Of a stretch of DNA of 64,000 bases, positions 50,212-61,828 are shown in pieces. The position numbers were made by a program, and so were the translations under genes. The stretch comes from an uncultured Rikenellaceae bacterium (GTDB lineage: Bacteria; Bacteroidota; Bacteroidia; Bacteroidales; VadinHA17): the NCBI GenBank assembly GCA_964472085.1, contig CAYYIW010000014.1:21734-85733 (forward strand), written 5' to 3'. A model generated the notes under the pieces. That model had not been told where the DNA came from, did not search any database, and saw only the letters and a program-made list of their open reading frames with translations. How positions within the stretch are numbered: position 1 is the stretch's first letter; each line of letters starts with the position of its first letter.

Positions 50212-51459
50212 ATGAAAGACCTGCAAAATATTAAACAAAGGTTCGGAATTATAGGGAATTATGATGGACTGAACAGGGCAATCGATATCGCCATGCAGGT
50301 TGCTCCAACTGACCTCTCTGTTTTGATATCCGGTGAAAGTGGTACAGGAAAGGAGATTTTTCCGCAGGTAATTCATACCTACAGCAGCAGGAAGCACGGA
50401 CAGTATATTGCTGTCAACTGCGGGGCTATTCCCGAAGGTACAATAGACTCCGAACTGTTCGGACATGAAAAAGGTTCCTTCACCGGCGCAACAGAAAGCA
50501 GGAAAGGTTATTTTGAAGTAGCTGACGGGGGAACGATTTTTCTTGATGAAATATCAGATCTTCCTCTTTCCACCCAGGTCCGTCTGCTTCGAGTGCTGGA
50601 AACCGGCGAGTTTATAAGGGTTGGATCATCAAAGGTACAGAAAACAAATGTCCGGGTCATTGCTGCAAGTAATATTGACGTGCCAAAAGCGATCGAGAAC
50701 GGTAGATTCAGGGAAGACCTTTTTTACAGGCTGAATACGGTTCCAATAAGGATACCGGCACTACGTGAAAGAGGGGACGACATTTTTCTGCTGTTCCGTA
50801 AATTCTCGGTCGACTTTGCCGAAAAATACAGGATGCCGGCTATACGACTTGACCAGGATGCCAGGAACGTACTTATGGGTTATTCCTGGCCGGGGAACGT
50901 CAGACAGCTAAAGAATATTACAGAACAGATATCAATTATAGAAAACGAAAGAGAGATAAGTGCATCTGCTTTAAGGAGTTATCTGCCGGATTACGGGGAA
51001 GCCAAACTTCCTGCTCTTATCAGGAAAGAAGAAGACAGGTCTTTTGCTTCCGAAAGGGAAATTCTCTACAAGATCCTTTTTGACATGAAAAGCGATATGA
51101 ATGATCTGAAAAAACTGGTTTTCGATTTGATAAGAAAAGGAGATATAGATGTATCACTTCAGGATACAGACCCGCGGGTCATCAAAAACCTTTTTCGTGA
51201 AGCCAGTAAGGAAAACGTAAATCATCAGGCTGAAGAAACCCTTCCCTCCGACCTTGTGAAGCAGCATTCAGCACACAAGGATATCCAGGATACGGAAGAG
51301 ATAATCGAGGAATCACTGTCACTTGCAGATAAAGAGGTGGAAATGATACAAAAGGCCCTTGAGAAATTCAATGGCAAGAGAAAGATGGCAGCAAAGGAAC
51401 TTGGGATTTCAGAGAGAACACTTTACAGGAAAATAAAGGAGTATGGGATTGAGTCGTAA
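50212..51459 (+). CDS. Sigma-54-dependent transcriptional activator (AAA+ and Fis-type HTH only, no N-terminal sensor domain)
   Basis: Has GESGTGKE, the GAFTGA-type loop GSFTGA, Walker B GTIFLDEI and the C-terminal HTH AAKELGISERTLYRKIK. The AAA+ core begins within ~10 residues of the N-terminus. Confidence 0.9.
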   Translation: MKDLQNIKQRFGIIGNYDGLNRAIDIAMQVAPTDLSVLISGESGTGKEIFPQVIHTYSSRKHGQYIAVNCGAIPEGTIDSELFGHEKGSFTGATESRKGYFEVADGGTIFLDEISDLPLSTQVRLLRVLETGEFIRVGSSKVQKTNVRVIAASNIDVPKAIENGRFREDLFYRLNTVPIRIPALRERGDDIFLLFRKFSVDFAEKYRMPAIRLDQDARNVLMGYSWPGNVRQLKNITEQISIIENEREISASALRSYLPDYGEAKLPALIRKEEDRSFASEREILYKILFDMKSDMNDLKKLVFDLIRKGDIDVSLQDTDPRVIKNLFREASKENVNHQAEETLPSDLVKQHSAHKDIQDTEEIIEESLSLADKEVEMIQKALEKFNGKRKMAAKELGISERTLYRKIKEYGIES

Positions 51460-51985
51460 TAACAGGAATGGAAAGCCGCTTCTCGCGTTCAGACTTGCAT
51501 TTTTGTCTGCACTGTTTGTTCTGATGGGGGGATGCACAGTGAAGTATTCATTTTCGGGTGCAAGTATATCTCCCGAGGTTAAGACTTTCAGTGTTGCATA
51601 TTTCCAGAACAGGGCCCCGCTTGTGCAGGTTGGACTGAGTCAGAATATAACCAACGCTCTTATAGATAAGTGCAAGGCACAGACAAACCTGAGATATGTG
51701 ACAGGAACAGGTGATGTCAGTTTCGAGGGAGATATTACAGATTATAAAACAGTACCTCTAACTGTAGCCGCCGACGCACTTGCTGCTACGAACAGGTTCA
51801 CTATAACGGTGAAGGTTAAATTCATTAATTCGGTGAATCCTGATCTGAGCTTCGACCAGACTTTTTCAAGATACTCTGATTACAGTGCCAGTCTCAATCT
51901 TACGGATGTTGAAAATGAACTGTCGGACGAGATCGTTTCGCAGCTCGTAGAAGATATATTTAACCAGGCTTTTGTTAACTGGTGA
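51443..51985 (+). CDS. LptE-like lipoprotein
   Basis: 180 aa with the lipobox LMGGC followed by TVKYSFSG and FQNRA, which are typical of Bacteroidota LptE-family proteins as I recall them. It overlaps the upstream gene by 17 nt. Confidence 0.5.
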   Translation: MGLSRNNRNGKPLLAFRLAFLSALFVLMGGCTVKYSFSGASISPEVKTFSVAYFQNRAPLVQVGLSQNITNALIDKCKAQTNLRYVTGTGDVSFEGDITDYKTVPLTVAADALAATNRFTITVKVKFINSVNPDLSFDQTFSRYSDYSASLNLTDVENELSDEIVSQLVEDIFNQAFVNW

Positions 51986-52947
51986 TAAACATGAACAGGA
52001 ACGACTTCTTGCATATAATGGAAGGTTCTGCTACTATGAGCCGCCAGATGATAGGAGAGGTTTACGAACTAATAAATATCTTTCCCTATTTTCAAAGTGC
52101 TCATATGCTCCTTTTGAAAGGACTTCAGAATTCGGCAGATGTTAAATTTGAGAAACAACTGCGCGATTCATCAGTGCATATTGCTGACCGGGAGGTCCTT
52201 TACTATTACCTCAGGAATAATCCGATTGAAAACCAGAAGGAGGAAGATCCGGTTTCTGAAACACCTGTGCCTGATAAAAGGACTAACAACCTGAACACGG
52301 ATGAGGAATATAATAACCAGCAGACTGTAATTGAAGCTGCAAAGAACAGCGAAGACCTGATCAGTAAAATTGAAGAGGACGAAGGCATTCCCCCGGTAAC
52401 ATCTGAAGTGGATAGAATGAATTCAGAATTGCAGGGTCACTCCATATTGATTGGTTCAGAGGCAGATGATGAAGATCCGGCAGGTATAATCCTTATTACA
52501 GATGAAGAGCAGGACGGGGAAAATGAAAAGATCTTCTATATGGATCCGGGAATATCAACTGAAGCCACCCCTGATCTGCTTGAACTTGATATTGATGAAA
52601 AAAATTCCGCCCAGGAGGAAGGGCAGCCCGAAAATTTCATGGATAAGGAGTCTGAAAAAACGGGGGAAAAACTGGTACAATCGGAACTGATTGACAGGTT
52701 CATCCTTGAAAATCCAAGGATAGAACCGGACAGGGAAAAGGCAGATGCCCCTCAGAAGGATATTTCCAGTCAGTTTGTTGGGGAGATGGGAGGCTTTGTT
52801 ACTGAGACACTTGCGCGTATTTATGTCAACCAGGGATATTATTCAAAGGCTATTGATATTTATGAAAAATTAAGTTTGAAATTTCCGGAAAAAAGCAGTT
52901 ACTTTGCATCTCAAATTGAAATGGTAAAAGAGCTTATAAAAAAGTAA
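51982..52947 (+). CDS. Hypothetical protein with acidic linker and C-terminal TPR-like helix pair
   Basis: 321 aa. The start is GTG 51982 or ATG 51991. The C-terminus reads ARIYVNQGYYSKAIDIYEKLSLKFPEKSSYF. Confidence 0.55.
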   Translation: MINMNRNDFLHIMEGSATMSRQMIGEVYELINIFPYFQSAHMLLLKGLQNSADVKFEKQLRDSSVHIADREVLYYYLRNNPIENQKEEDPVSETPVPDKRTNNLNTDEEYNNQQTVIEAAKNSEDLISKIEEDEGIPPVTSEVDRMNSELQGHSILIGSEADDEDPAGIILITDEEQDGENEKIFYMDPGISTEATPDLLELDIDEKNSAQEEGQPENFMDKESEKTGEKLVQSELIDRFILENPRIEPDREKADAPQKDISSQFVGEMGGFVTETLARIYVNQGYYSKAIDIYEKLSLKFPEKSSYFASQIEMVKELIKK

Positions 52948-52951
52948 AGCG

Positions 52952-53317
52952 ATGGGTATTTATATTTTTGTTTCAGTATTAGTAATAATTGCCTGTGTTC
53001 TGCAGGTGATGATAGTACTTGTTCAAAATGACAAGGGCGGAGGACTAGCAGCAAACTTTACATCAGCAGGTCAATCTCTGGGTGTTCGGAAAACAGCGGA
53101 TTTTCTTGAAAAAGCGACATGGACTCTTGCAGGAGCAATACTGATACTGTGTGTTGTGGCAACAGCAACCATACCGCGTGCAGCTACCGAAGAACATTCA
53201 AGGATTGAAAACCAGATAAGGACAACCGTTGATCCGAATGCAATTCCTACTCTTCCGACAGCGGTACCTCCTGCTTCCGACCAGCAACCGGCACAGCAGG
53301 ATCAACCGGCAAAATGA
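52952..53317 (+). CDS. secG: Preprotein translocase subunit SecG
   Basis: 121 aa. The N-terminal TM is followed by LVQNDKGGGLAANF, then a second TM. Confidence 0.85.
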   Translation: MGIYIFVSVLVIIACVLQVMIVLVQNDKGGGLAANFTSAGQSLGVRKTADFLEKATWTLAGAILILCVVATATIPRAATEEHSRIENQIRTTVDPNAIPTLPTAVPPASDQQPAQQDQPAK

Positions 53318-53343
53318 TAATTCTTAATGAGGATATAAAAAAA

Positions 53344-53376
53344 AGTGTCAGTTTGTCACATACTGACACTTTTTTA
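53344..53376 (+). terminator. Rho-independent terminator after secG
   Basis: The sequence is AGTGTCAGT-ttgtcacat-ACTGACACT followed by TTTTT. Confidence 0.8.
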
Positions 53377-53494
53377 TTATTTATAAATAATGCTGTTAAT
53401 CAGCATGTTAAATAAAAAGCCCGAAATTGTCTTAAAAAATCTGGCAGAAGAACATAGATAAATTATGTACAGATTATCAAATTTGACATTTTTT

Positions 53495-53502
53495 TAAATT
53501 TG
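53495..53502 (+). promoter_or_regulatory. Candidate -7 box (TAAATTTG) for groES-groEL
   Basis: Matches TAnnTTTG and lies 60 nt upstream of the groES ATG. Motif match only. Confidence 0.3.
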
Positions 53503-53561
53503 GCACAGATTATGTTCGGGGAGGAAATCAGAAATGATGTTTAACTTTAAAACTTAATAAC

Positions 53562-53840
53562 ATGGCACAATTGAAAGGCAGAATTTTAGCGGGAAAGGTT
53601 CTTGTTAAACCAAACGAAGCTGAAGAAAAGACAACAAGTGGTATTATTATCCCTGATTCCGCAAAAGAAAAACCTCGTCAGGGTAAGGTTGTCATGGTAG
53701 GTGCATCAAAAAAGGACGAAGAGATGGAAATCAAGGCAGGCGATACGGTCCTTTATGGTAAATATGCAGGGCAGGAGCTAAATATCGATGGTGAGGAGTA
53801 CCTGCTTATTTCACAATCAGATGTTCTTTTTATAGCTTAA
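53562..53840 (+). CDS. groES: Co-chaperonin GroES
   Basis: 92 aa with TTSGIIIPDSAKEKP and a mobile-loop pattern. Confidence 0.96.
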   Translation: MAQLKGRILAGKVLVKPNEAEEKTTSGIIIPDSAKEKPRQGKVVMVGASKKDEEMEIKAGDTVLYGKYAGQELNIDGEEYLLISQSDVLFIA

Positions 53841-53851
53841 CAAATAAATAG

Positions 53852-55513
<1,662 letters not shown>

Positions 55514-55539
55514 AATACTATATCTTAGAGTTAATATAA

Positions 55540-55572
55540 GGGACATGCCTGTGCATGTCCCTTATTTGTTTT
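55540..55572 (+). terminator. Rho-independent terminator after groEL
   Basis: The sequence is GGGACATGC-ctgt-GCATGTCCC followed by TTATTTGTTTT. Confidence 0.8.
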
Positions 55573-55612
55573 ATTTTATATATTTGCAGCTGATTTAAAG
55601 CACGTTTATTAT

Positions 55613-57400
55613 ATGCGCAATATCCGGAATTTCTGCATTATAGCTCATATCGATCATGGTAAAAGTACCCTGGCCGACAGACTCCTTGAAAGGACCAATA
55701 CTGTTTCTTCAAGAGAATTCCAGGCACAGGTACTTGATGATATGGAACTTGAAAGGGAAAGGGGGATCACGATCAAGAGCCATGCGATCCAGATGGAATA
55801 CATCGATGAAGGACAGAAGTATCTTCTGAACCTTATTGATACTCCAGGGCATGTTGATTTTTCGTACGAGGTATCACGTTCCATAGCTGCATGCGAAGGT
55901 GCTTTGCTTGTGATTGATGCCACCCAGGGGATACAGGCCCAGACTATTTCAAACCTTTATATGGCTATCGACCACGACCTGGAAATAATTCCTGTATTGA
56001 ACAAGATGGACATGCCTGCTGCTATGCCTGAGGATGTAAAGGACCAGATCGTTGACCTCGTTGGCTGTGCAAGGGAAGATATTATTGAGGCCAGCGCCAA
56101 AACAGGCATGGGAGTCGACCGTATACTATCGGAAATTGTTAGCCGTATACCACCTCCGAAGGGCGACCCTGAAGCTCCATTGCAGGCTCTTATTTTCGAC
56201 TCTGTGTTTAACTCCTTCAGAGGGATTATTGCCTACTTCAAGATAGTGAACGGAACTCTGTCCAGAGGCGACAGGGTGAAGTTTGTAAATACTGGTCACG
56301 AGTATAATGCTGAAGAAATAGGAGTTCTTAAACTTAAACAATCGCCACGTAATACAATGGGAGCCGGAGATGTAGGATATATAATATCGGGAATCAAGAA
56401 CTCGGTGGAGGTCAAGGTGGGTGATACCATAACCCATGTTAAGAATCCCTGCAGAAAAGCTATTGCAGGTTTCGAAGATGTTAAACCAATGGTCTTTGCT
56501 GGTATCTATCCTGTTGATGCCGATGAATATGAGGACCTCAGGTTGTCAATCGAGAAACTGCAGCTTAATGATGCGTCTCTGTCTTTTGTCCCTGAATCAT
56601 CGGCAGCTCTAGGTTTTGGATTCAGGTGTGGCTTCCTGGGATTGCTTCATATGGAAATAATACAGGAAAGACTTGACAGGGAGTTTGATATGGATGTTAT
56701 TACAACAGTCCCGAACGTGTCGTACAAAGTTCTTACAACCAGGGGGGAAGAGATCGATGTCCATAATCCTTCAGGATTACCACCGGTCACCAATATTGAT
56801 CATATTGAAGAGCCTTATATTGTGGCACAGGTAATAACCCAGGCAGATTATATAGGATCGATCATGAATCTGTGCATTGATAAACGCGGAATCCTTAAGA
56901 ACCAGGTCTATCTTACACGCGACAGGGTGGAAATTACATTTGAGATGCCCCTGGCAGAAATAGTCTTTGATTTTTATGATAAGCTTAAGAGTATTTCAAA
57001 GGGCTATGCCTCATTCGACTATTATTATTCCAGTTATCAGAAAGCTGACCTTGTCAGGCTTGATATTCTGCTTAACGGCGAAATGGTAGATGCCTTGTCA
57101 ACCCTCATTCACAGGGCAAATGCATATGATTTTGGAAGAAGGATGTGCATAAAGCTGAAGGAACTTATTCCCCGGCAACAGTTTGAGATAGCCATTCAGG
57201 CCGCCATTGGTGCCAAGATAATAGCCCGTGAGACAGTTAAGGCTGTCAGGAAAGATGTTACAGCAAAATGCTATGGCGGAGATATTACACGTAAAAGGAA
57301 ACTGCTTGAAAAGCAGAAAAAGGGAAAGAAGAGGATGAGACAGGTTGGTAATGTGGAAGTACCGCAGCAGGCTTTCCTGGCCGTACTTAAACTGGATTAA
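55613..57400 (+). CDS. lepA: Elongation factor 4 (LepA)
   Basis: 595 aa with [21 protein letters not shown] and the LepA-specific C-terminal domain. Confidence 0.97.
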   Translation: MRNIRNFCIIAHIDHGKSTLADRLLERTNTVSSREFQAQVLDDMELERERGITIKSHAIQMEYIDEGQKYLLNLIDTPGHVDFSYEVSRSIAACEGALLVIDATQGIQAQTISNLYMAIDHDLEIIPVLNKMDMPAAMPEDVKDQIVDLVGCAREDIIEASAKTGMGVDRILSEIVSRIPPPKGDPEAPLQALIFDSVFNSFRGIIAYFKIVNGTLSRGDRVKFVNTGHEYNAEEIGVLKLKQSPRNTMGAGDVGYIISGIKNSVEVKVGDTITHVKNPCRKAIAGFEDVKPMVFAGIYPVDADEYEDLRLSIEKLQLNDASLSFVPESSAALGFGFRCGFLGLLHMEIIQERLDREFDMDVITTVPNVSYKVLTTRGEEIDVHNPSGLPPVTNIDHIEEPYIVAQVITQADYIGSIMNLCIDKRGILKNQVYLTRDRVEITFEMPLAEIVFDFYDKLKSISKGYASFDYYYSSYQKADLVRLDILLNGEMVDALSTLIHRANAYDFGRRMCIKLKELIPRQQFEIAIQAAIGAKIIARETVKAVRKDVTAKCYGGDITRKRKLLEKQKKGKKRMRQVGNVEVPQQAFLAVLKLD

Positions 57401-57421
57401 TCCGGTTGGAATACCTGCCGG

Positions 57422-58108
57422 CTAACAGAGTAACTTATATCCCCTGCCGTGAATATTCAGTATTTTCACTGCCGGATCCTTTCTCAGGTATTTTCTGAGA
57501 CGCGTGATGTAAACATCCATGCTTCTTGCATTGAAATAGTTATCGTCTATCCAGATTGTCTTTAAAGCATAATTTCTTTCAAGTATCTCATTCCTGTGAA
57601 TACACAGAAGATCAAGCAGTTCTGATTCCTTTGTTGTCAGCTTTGTTGAGGTGTTTTTATGATACAGGATCTGTTTCAGCGGATCAAACGTATATCCACC
57701 TATATCATATGATTCCTCTTTTTTCTTTGCAGGGGCAGTGTTCGATCTTCTCAGAATAGCTTCTATACGGTATAAAAGCTCTTCCATCGAAAAAGGCTTG
57801 GTTATGTAATCGTCACCTCCGTATTTGAATCCTTCTAAGATATCCTCTTTCTGGTTTTTTGCCGTAAGGAATATTATGGGGATGTTGGGATCTGTCTCCC
57901 GAATTTCTTTTGCAAGAGTAAGACCATCCATTTCCGGCATCATTATGTCGAGTATACATAATCCGAAATTGCCTGACTTAAATGCATCCAGTGCAACCAC
58001 ACCGTTCTCAAAAAGCAAAGTTTCATATTCCTTTGCCTTAAGATAATTCATGAGCAGGTTTCCAAGGTTGCTGTCATCTTCTGCAAGAAGAATTTTTGTG
58101 TCTTTCAT
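57422..58108 (-). CDS. OmpR/PhoB-type response regulator
   Basis: 228 aa with a receiver domain (LLAEDD, ILDIMMPEMDG, LTAK) and a winged-helix C-terminus. Confidence 0.92.
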   Translation of the reverse strand: MKDTKILLAEDDSNLGNLLMNYLKAKEYETLLFENGVVALDAFKSGNFGLCILDIMMPEMDGLTLAKEIRETDPNIPIIFLTAKNQKEDILEGFKYGGDDYITKPFSMEELLYRIEAILRRSNTAPAKKKEESYDIGGYTFDPLKQILYHKNTSTKLTTKESELLDLLCIHRNEILERNYALKTIWIDDNYFNARSMDVYITRLRKYLRKDPAVKILNIHGRGYKLLC

Positions 58109-58158
58109 AATTTTCCGGTATTAACTGAACTTAAGAGCCACCCAATTTTTTTACATTT

Positions 58159-59709
58159 CTAATTGCTCCGGGGGAGAAAAATAATGAATTTTGTACCCTT
58201 ATTTACCTGGCTTTCAACTTTAATTGAGCCATTCAATTCATCAATTATTTTCCTGACATAACTTAGTCCCAGACCAAATCCCTTTACATTATGAAGGTTT
58301 CCCGAAGGTACACGGTAGAACTTATCAAATATCCGTTTAAGGTTCTCCTTACTTATCCCTATTCCTTTATCCTCGATAGTGATCAAAATACCTTTTTTAT
58401 TATTCCTGGTGGAAATAGTAATAAGCGGTTTTCCCCCGGAGTATTTTATAGCATTATCAATGAGGTTGGATATCGAGTTGTGAAAATGTATCTCGTCTAT
58501 ATACACCATTGAAGATACTGCCTGGTAGTCCTTAATAATCTTTCCATCGTGGCTCTTTATCTGCAATTCGAAATTATCAACAGCCCTGTCAATAATACTG
58601 TGAATATCCAATTCCACAAGGCGCAGCTTAAGCCTGAGTTTCTCAAAAATGGCCATCTGAAGGACCTTTTCAACCTGAAACTTGAGCCTTGTGCTTTCAT
58701 CACTTATTACCCTGGCCAGGTTGTCCATGTTCTTATCTTTATCGGAGATCGATTTATCAGCTATCATTTGTGATGCCAGCGATATGGTGGAAATGGGTGT
58801 TTTTAGTTCATGGGTCATATTATTTATGAAGTCACTCCTTATTTCGGAGATCTTTTTCTGCCTGAAGATCACTATGAAGGTCCCGGTGGAAAGTATAAGG
58901 AGCAGCAGTGTAAACAGCAGGGACAGGAAGCCCAGGCTCCCTATTTTTTCAAATTTATACTGTCCTTCCTGCAGGCAGTATAAAACAATCTGATTCTGGC
59001 TGGGTACCGGATCATTTGGGAAAAGCTGTATAATAAATTTATTGGTCCCGGGTTTGTCAGTGAATCCCGGGGTTTTCCATATGCTACCATAGCGGCCCGA
59101 CCTGATTGAGAATTCAAAATCGAGATTTATGCCAACATTATCAAGCGCTCTGCGGATCTGTTTCTTCAGATCATTAAAATCAATTCTTTCCCTTATGTCC
59201 GGTGAGGTACGGAGTATCTTTTCCATTATCTTCTCCAGGAAAATTATTTTATTGGTCACTCTTCCGGATATTTCAGAATTCATTATCTCCTGTGATGATT
59301 CTGATGCCTCTTCCGAAGGGAAGGGTGGTGGGTTTTCGGATGTGATGAATATTTTATGTCCCGCGCTTGTAATTGTAATGGGCTGGTCGGGATTGTCAAG
59401 GCCATAAGTTTCAAGAAGGCCTGAATTTGGCTGATAACCCTGTAATTTCCTGGCAAGAGGTGAGTTCGGTGGTACGATCGCAGTAATAGAATCAATGGAT
59501 GATGAGTCAATGTCTTCATCTATGTTCCGGATAAGTTCTTTTTCTTCGAGATTGAGAACAACGGATTCAAGAGCCTTGTTGGCAGAGTACCTGAATTGCT
59601 GATCGGTTATGGCAATAGCATTACGTATCCAGTATAATTGAATAAGAAGCAATCCTGATATAGCCAGGAAAAAGAAAGCTGCCAGTAAAACTATTGTTCT
59701 CCGCTTCAT
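58159..59709 (-). CDS. Sensor histidine kinase
   Basis: 516 aa with two TM segments, the H-box MTHELKTPIS, the N-box NLIDNAIKYS, and the G-boxes DKGIGIS and GFGLGLS. Confidence 0.92.
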   Translation of the reverse strand: MKRRTIVLLAAFFFLAISGLLLIQLYWIRNAIAITDQQFRYSANKALESVVLNLEEKELIRNIDEDIDSSSIDSITAIVPPNSPLARKLQGYQPNSGLLETYGLDNPDQPITITSAGHKIFITSENPPPFPSEEASESSQEIMNSEISGRVTNKIIFLEKIMEKILRTSPDIRERIDFNDLKKQIRRALDNVGINLDFEFSIRSGRYGSIWKTPGFTDKPGTNKFIIQLFPNDPVPSQNQIVLYCLQEGQYKFEKIGSLGFLSLLFTLLLLILSTGTFIVIFRQKKISEIRSDFINNMTHELKTPISTISLASQMIADKSISDKDKNMDNLARVISDESTRLKFQVEKVLQMAIFEKLRLKLRLVELDIHSIIDRAVDNFELQIKSHDGKIIKDYQAVSSMVYIDEIHFHNSISNLIDNAIKYSGGKPLITISTRNNKKGILITIEDKGIGISKENLKRIFDKFYRVPSGNLHNVKGFGLGLSYVRKIIDELNGSIKVESQVNKGTKFIIFLPRSN

Positions 59710-59733
59710 ACAGTTACAAAAGTAAGTGTATAT

Positions 59734-60435
59734 ATGTTATTCATATACTATTTAACTTTCTTTAACAACAATGGAGTACAACTATCTGATTTCAGGACAC
59801 CGGAGGGTCATCTCGAAGAAAAAGTAATTAAAATTAGTCGTTTCAGAAGTGATTCGGCTGCCTGTACAAAAGAGGTTCTTGCCTATCTGGATACAAAGCC
59901 AGATATTGAGTATTTTATTAAATTTCATAAGCACAGGAACTCATTTACAAAAGTATCAATGGTCAGAAACTGGGTGGAAATACCAAAGTATAATGTGAAC
60001 GTTGGAGATATTCAGTATTCTTTATATGGTAAACGTCGAAGAATGGTTGTTATAAGAAATCTGGATGATGATGATCCCAGTAGCTATTCAGGAATAGTGA
60101 CTAATAACAATTCATTATCAAATAAAGAGGTTTTTTGTTTCTATGCACTTCGAGGTGCCATTGAAAGAAATTTTGATGATCTGAAGAATAATTTCAACTG
60201 GGGTAGATTGCCCTTCAGCTTTTTGAACGAGAATACAGTATTCCTTTTAATCAGTGCCATAGCTTATTGCATTTATCAGTTTATTATCGACTTGTTTAGT
60301 AAAAAAGTTGATTTTGTGAAGAAGACATTCAGACTTAAGAATTTTATATTTCATTTTATTACCGTAGGATCTGAATGGGAGGAAGAGCAAACTTTAAGAT
60401 TGTTTACGGATAAAGAGTATAACCTTTTGATTTAA
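59734..60435 (+). pseudogene. 5'-truncated IS4/IS1380-type DDE transposase remnant
   Basis: The 233-aa ORF carries the C-terminal Y-(2)-R-(3)-E-(6)-K signature (YALRGAIERNFDDLK) and a probable second catalytic Asp region (FRSDSAA). The N-terminal half with the first Asp is missing. The ORF abuts the histidine kinase start. Confidence 0.65.
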
Positions 60436-60632
60436 AAATAGTCTTTGTATTGTTGAAAAAAATTGTTAATTATTAGTACTTGTTAATAAATAGATGCATT
60501 GATAATTAACAAATATTTTATATGTACTAAGAAATAGATGTTTATGGTTATTTATAATGTTTAAATTTTTTTTTAATAAATTAATTTTACTTTATAAATT
60601 TAATGTTATAATAAATTTAATGTATTAACCTG

Positions 60633-60815
60633 ATGAAAACAGAGAATCATAGCTACAAAGATTTAAATGAAATCAAGAATAAAAGTCAACTTGATTTTAG
60701 GTATGTTTTTGGATCTATTCGACTGATTTTAAGAAAATTACTGCTTAAATCTGATTCAGATTTAATTGTGAATGAATTTATTAATTATAAATTTAAGATC
60801 CCCCATATTAAATAA
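60633..60815 (+). CDS. Hypothetical 60-aa ORF (possibly the detached N-terminus of the next ORF)
   Basis: ATG-initiated with no recognisable motif. It ends 3 nt after the following reading frame opens (60812). Confidence 0.3.
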   Translation: MKTENHSYKDLNEIKNKSQLDFRYVFGSIRLILRKLLLKSDSDLIVNEFINYKFKIPHIK

Positions 60816-61468
60816 TAATAAATAACGTAATAGGATTTTCACTTGAAGACTATTCTCTGTACATTCAGAAGGAATTAGCACCTCTTTATCTTAAAATCAA
60901 AAAAATCATTATTGAGGCAGAAGAAAACGATCCCGAAAAGGAGTCTTACATAGCTCCGTTTAATGAATTGAGAAATACACTTGATCATGTAATGAAAAGT
61001 GCATTAAATGGAGATGAATCAGAAAGAGAGAGAAATTTAAAACATGCAAAAGTCCATTTAAATCGAGCCGGATATGATGTATTCGAGATACTTTCATCCA
61101 ATTTAGGCCTGAAAATAACTAAATCGATTGAAAAATACTCTTCAGAAATTATTTCTCGAGTTTTCCCTGCATATTATACAGAATACCAACCAAAGCTTTT
61201 TAATATTCAAGGTCGATTGATAGAAATAAGAAATGCAAAAAATGTAGACGAAAATTGGGATCCAGGTTCATTTGAAGCATTTGAAAAGATTAAAGATGAG
61301 ATATTAGAAATTTATCAACTTATTTACAGATATATTCCACTATTAGAAAAAGAAAGGAAGAGAAGTTTATTAAAGTTAATCTGTAATAATGCGATTGTAA
61401 TTATTACTACATTAATAATAGGAATAGTAGTCGGGTGGGTCATATATAAAATGGGATGGGGTGGATAA
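60812..61468 (+). CDS. Hypothetical protein with Rx4H (HEPN-like) motif and C-terminal TM helix; start codon unclear
   Basis: The frame is open from 60812. The first conventional start is TTG 60968, which would put the motif ELRNTLDH (R..H at 60971..60988) at the extreme N-terminus. The protein is helical with a C-terminal hydrophobic helix, AIVIITTLIIGIVVGWVIY. Confidence 0.45.
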   Translation: MIINNVIGFSLEDYSLYIQKELAPLYLKIKKIIIEAEENDPEKESYIAPFNELRNTLDHVMKSALNGDESERERNLKHAKVHLNRAGYDVFEILSSNLGLKITKSIEKYSSEIISRVFPAYYTEYQPKLFNIQGRLIEIRNAKNVDENWDPGSFEAFEKIKDEILEIYQLIYRYIPLLEKERKRSLLKLICNNAIVIITTLIIGIVVGWVIYKMGWGG

Positions 61469-61477
61469 TTCAATTCT

Positions 61478-61617
61478 TATAATAAAAAATTAAAAAGGGA
61501 CCGGACAGATTGTGACCCCGATTGAGTCGAAAAAAGTCTTAAACTTAATTCGATAGTAACCTGCCCGGTATTGATATTACTTGATTTTATGTTTTAAATA
61601 TAAAGGAAATATAGAAT
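61478..61617 (-). ncRNA. Structured repeat unit copy 1 (candidate small RNA; promoter box degenerate)
   Basis: The stem is ACCGGACAG (61500..61508) / CTGCCCGGT (61561..61569), 8 of 9 pairs. On the minus strand it is followed by CCCTTTTTAATTTTTT. It shares flanking motifs with copies 2 and 3. Strand assignment is tentative. Confidence 0.35.
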
Positions 61618-61828
61618 TTATTACATCATCGTATTTGATCGTTTTATTTTCAATATTAATCTCTTCAGAATTTCAAACTTGTCATCGTATTTGCGATATT
61701 TAAATATGAATTTTATTCGTGTTTAATCCATCGTTATACATCGCTCCATTATTACTAATATGGATTCGTCAACTTTTTTATGATAACTAATTTAATTTGC
61801 TCAATAATTAGCTATATTAGCATACCCA

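Noticed and set aside
50146-50466. 106-aa minus-strand ORF overlapping the sigma-54 activator start
   Set aside because: It overlaps the Walker A coding region of a strongly supported CDS in antisense and has no motif.
53501-53516. TGGCAC-N5-...TGT resembling a sigma-54 -24/-12 promoter upstream of groES
   Set aside because: The -12 element reads ATGT instead of TTGC (two mismatches). The TGGCAC overlaps a good TAnnTTTG -7 box, which explains the sequence better. No CIRCE element was seen either.
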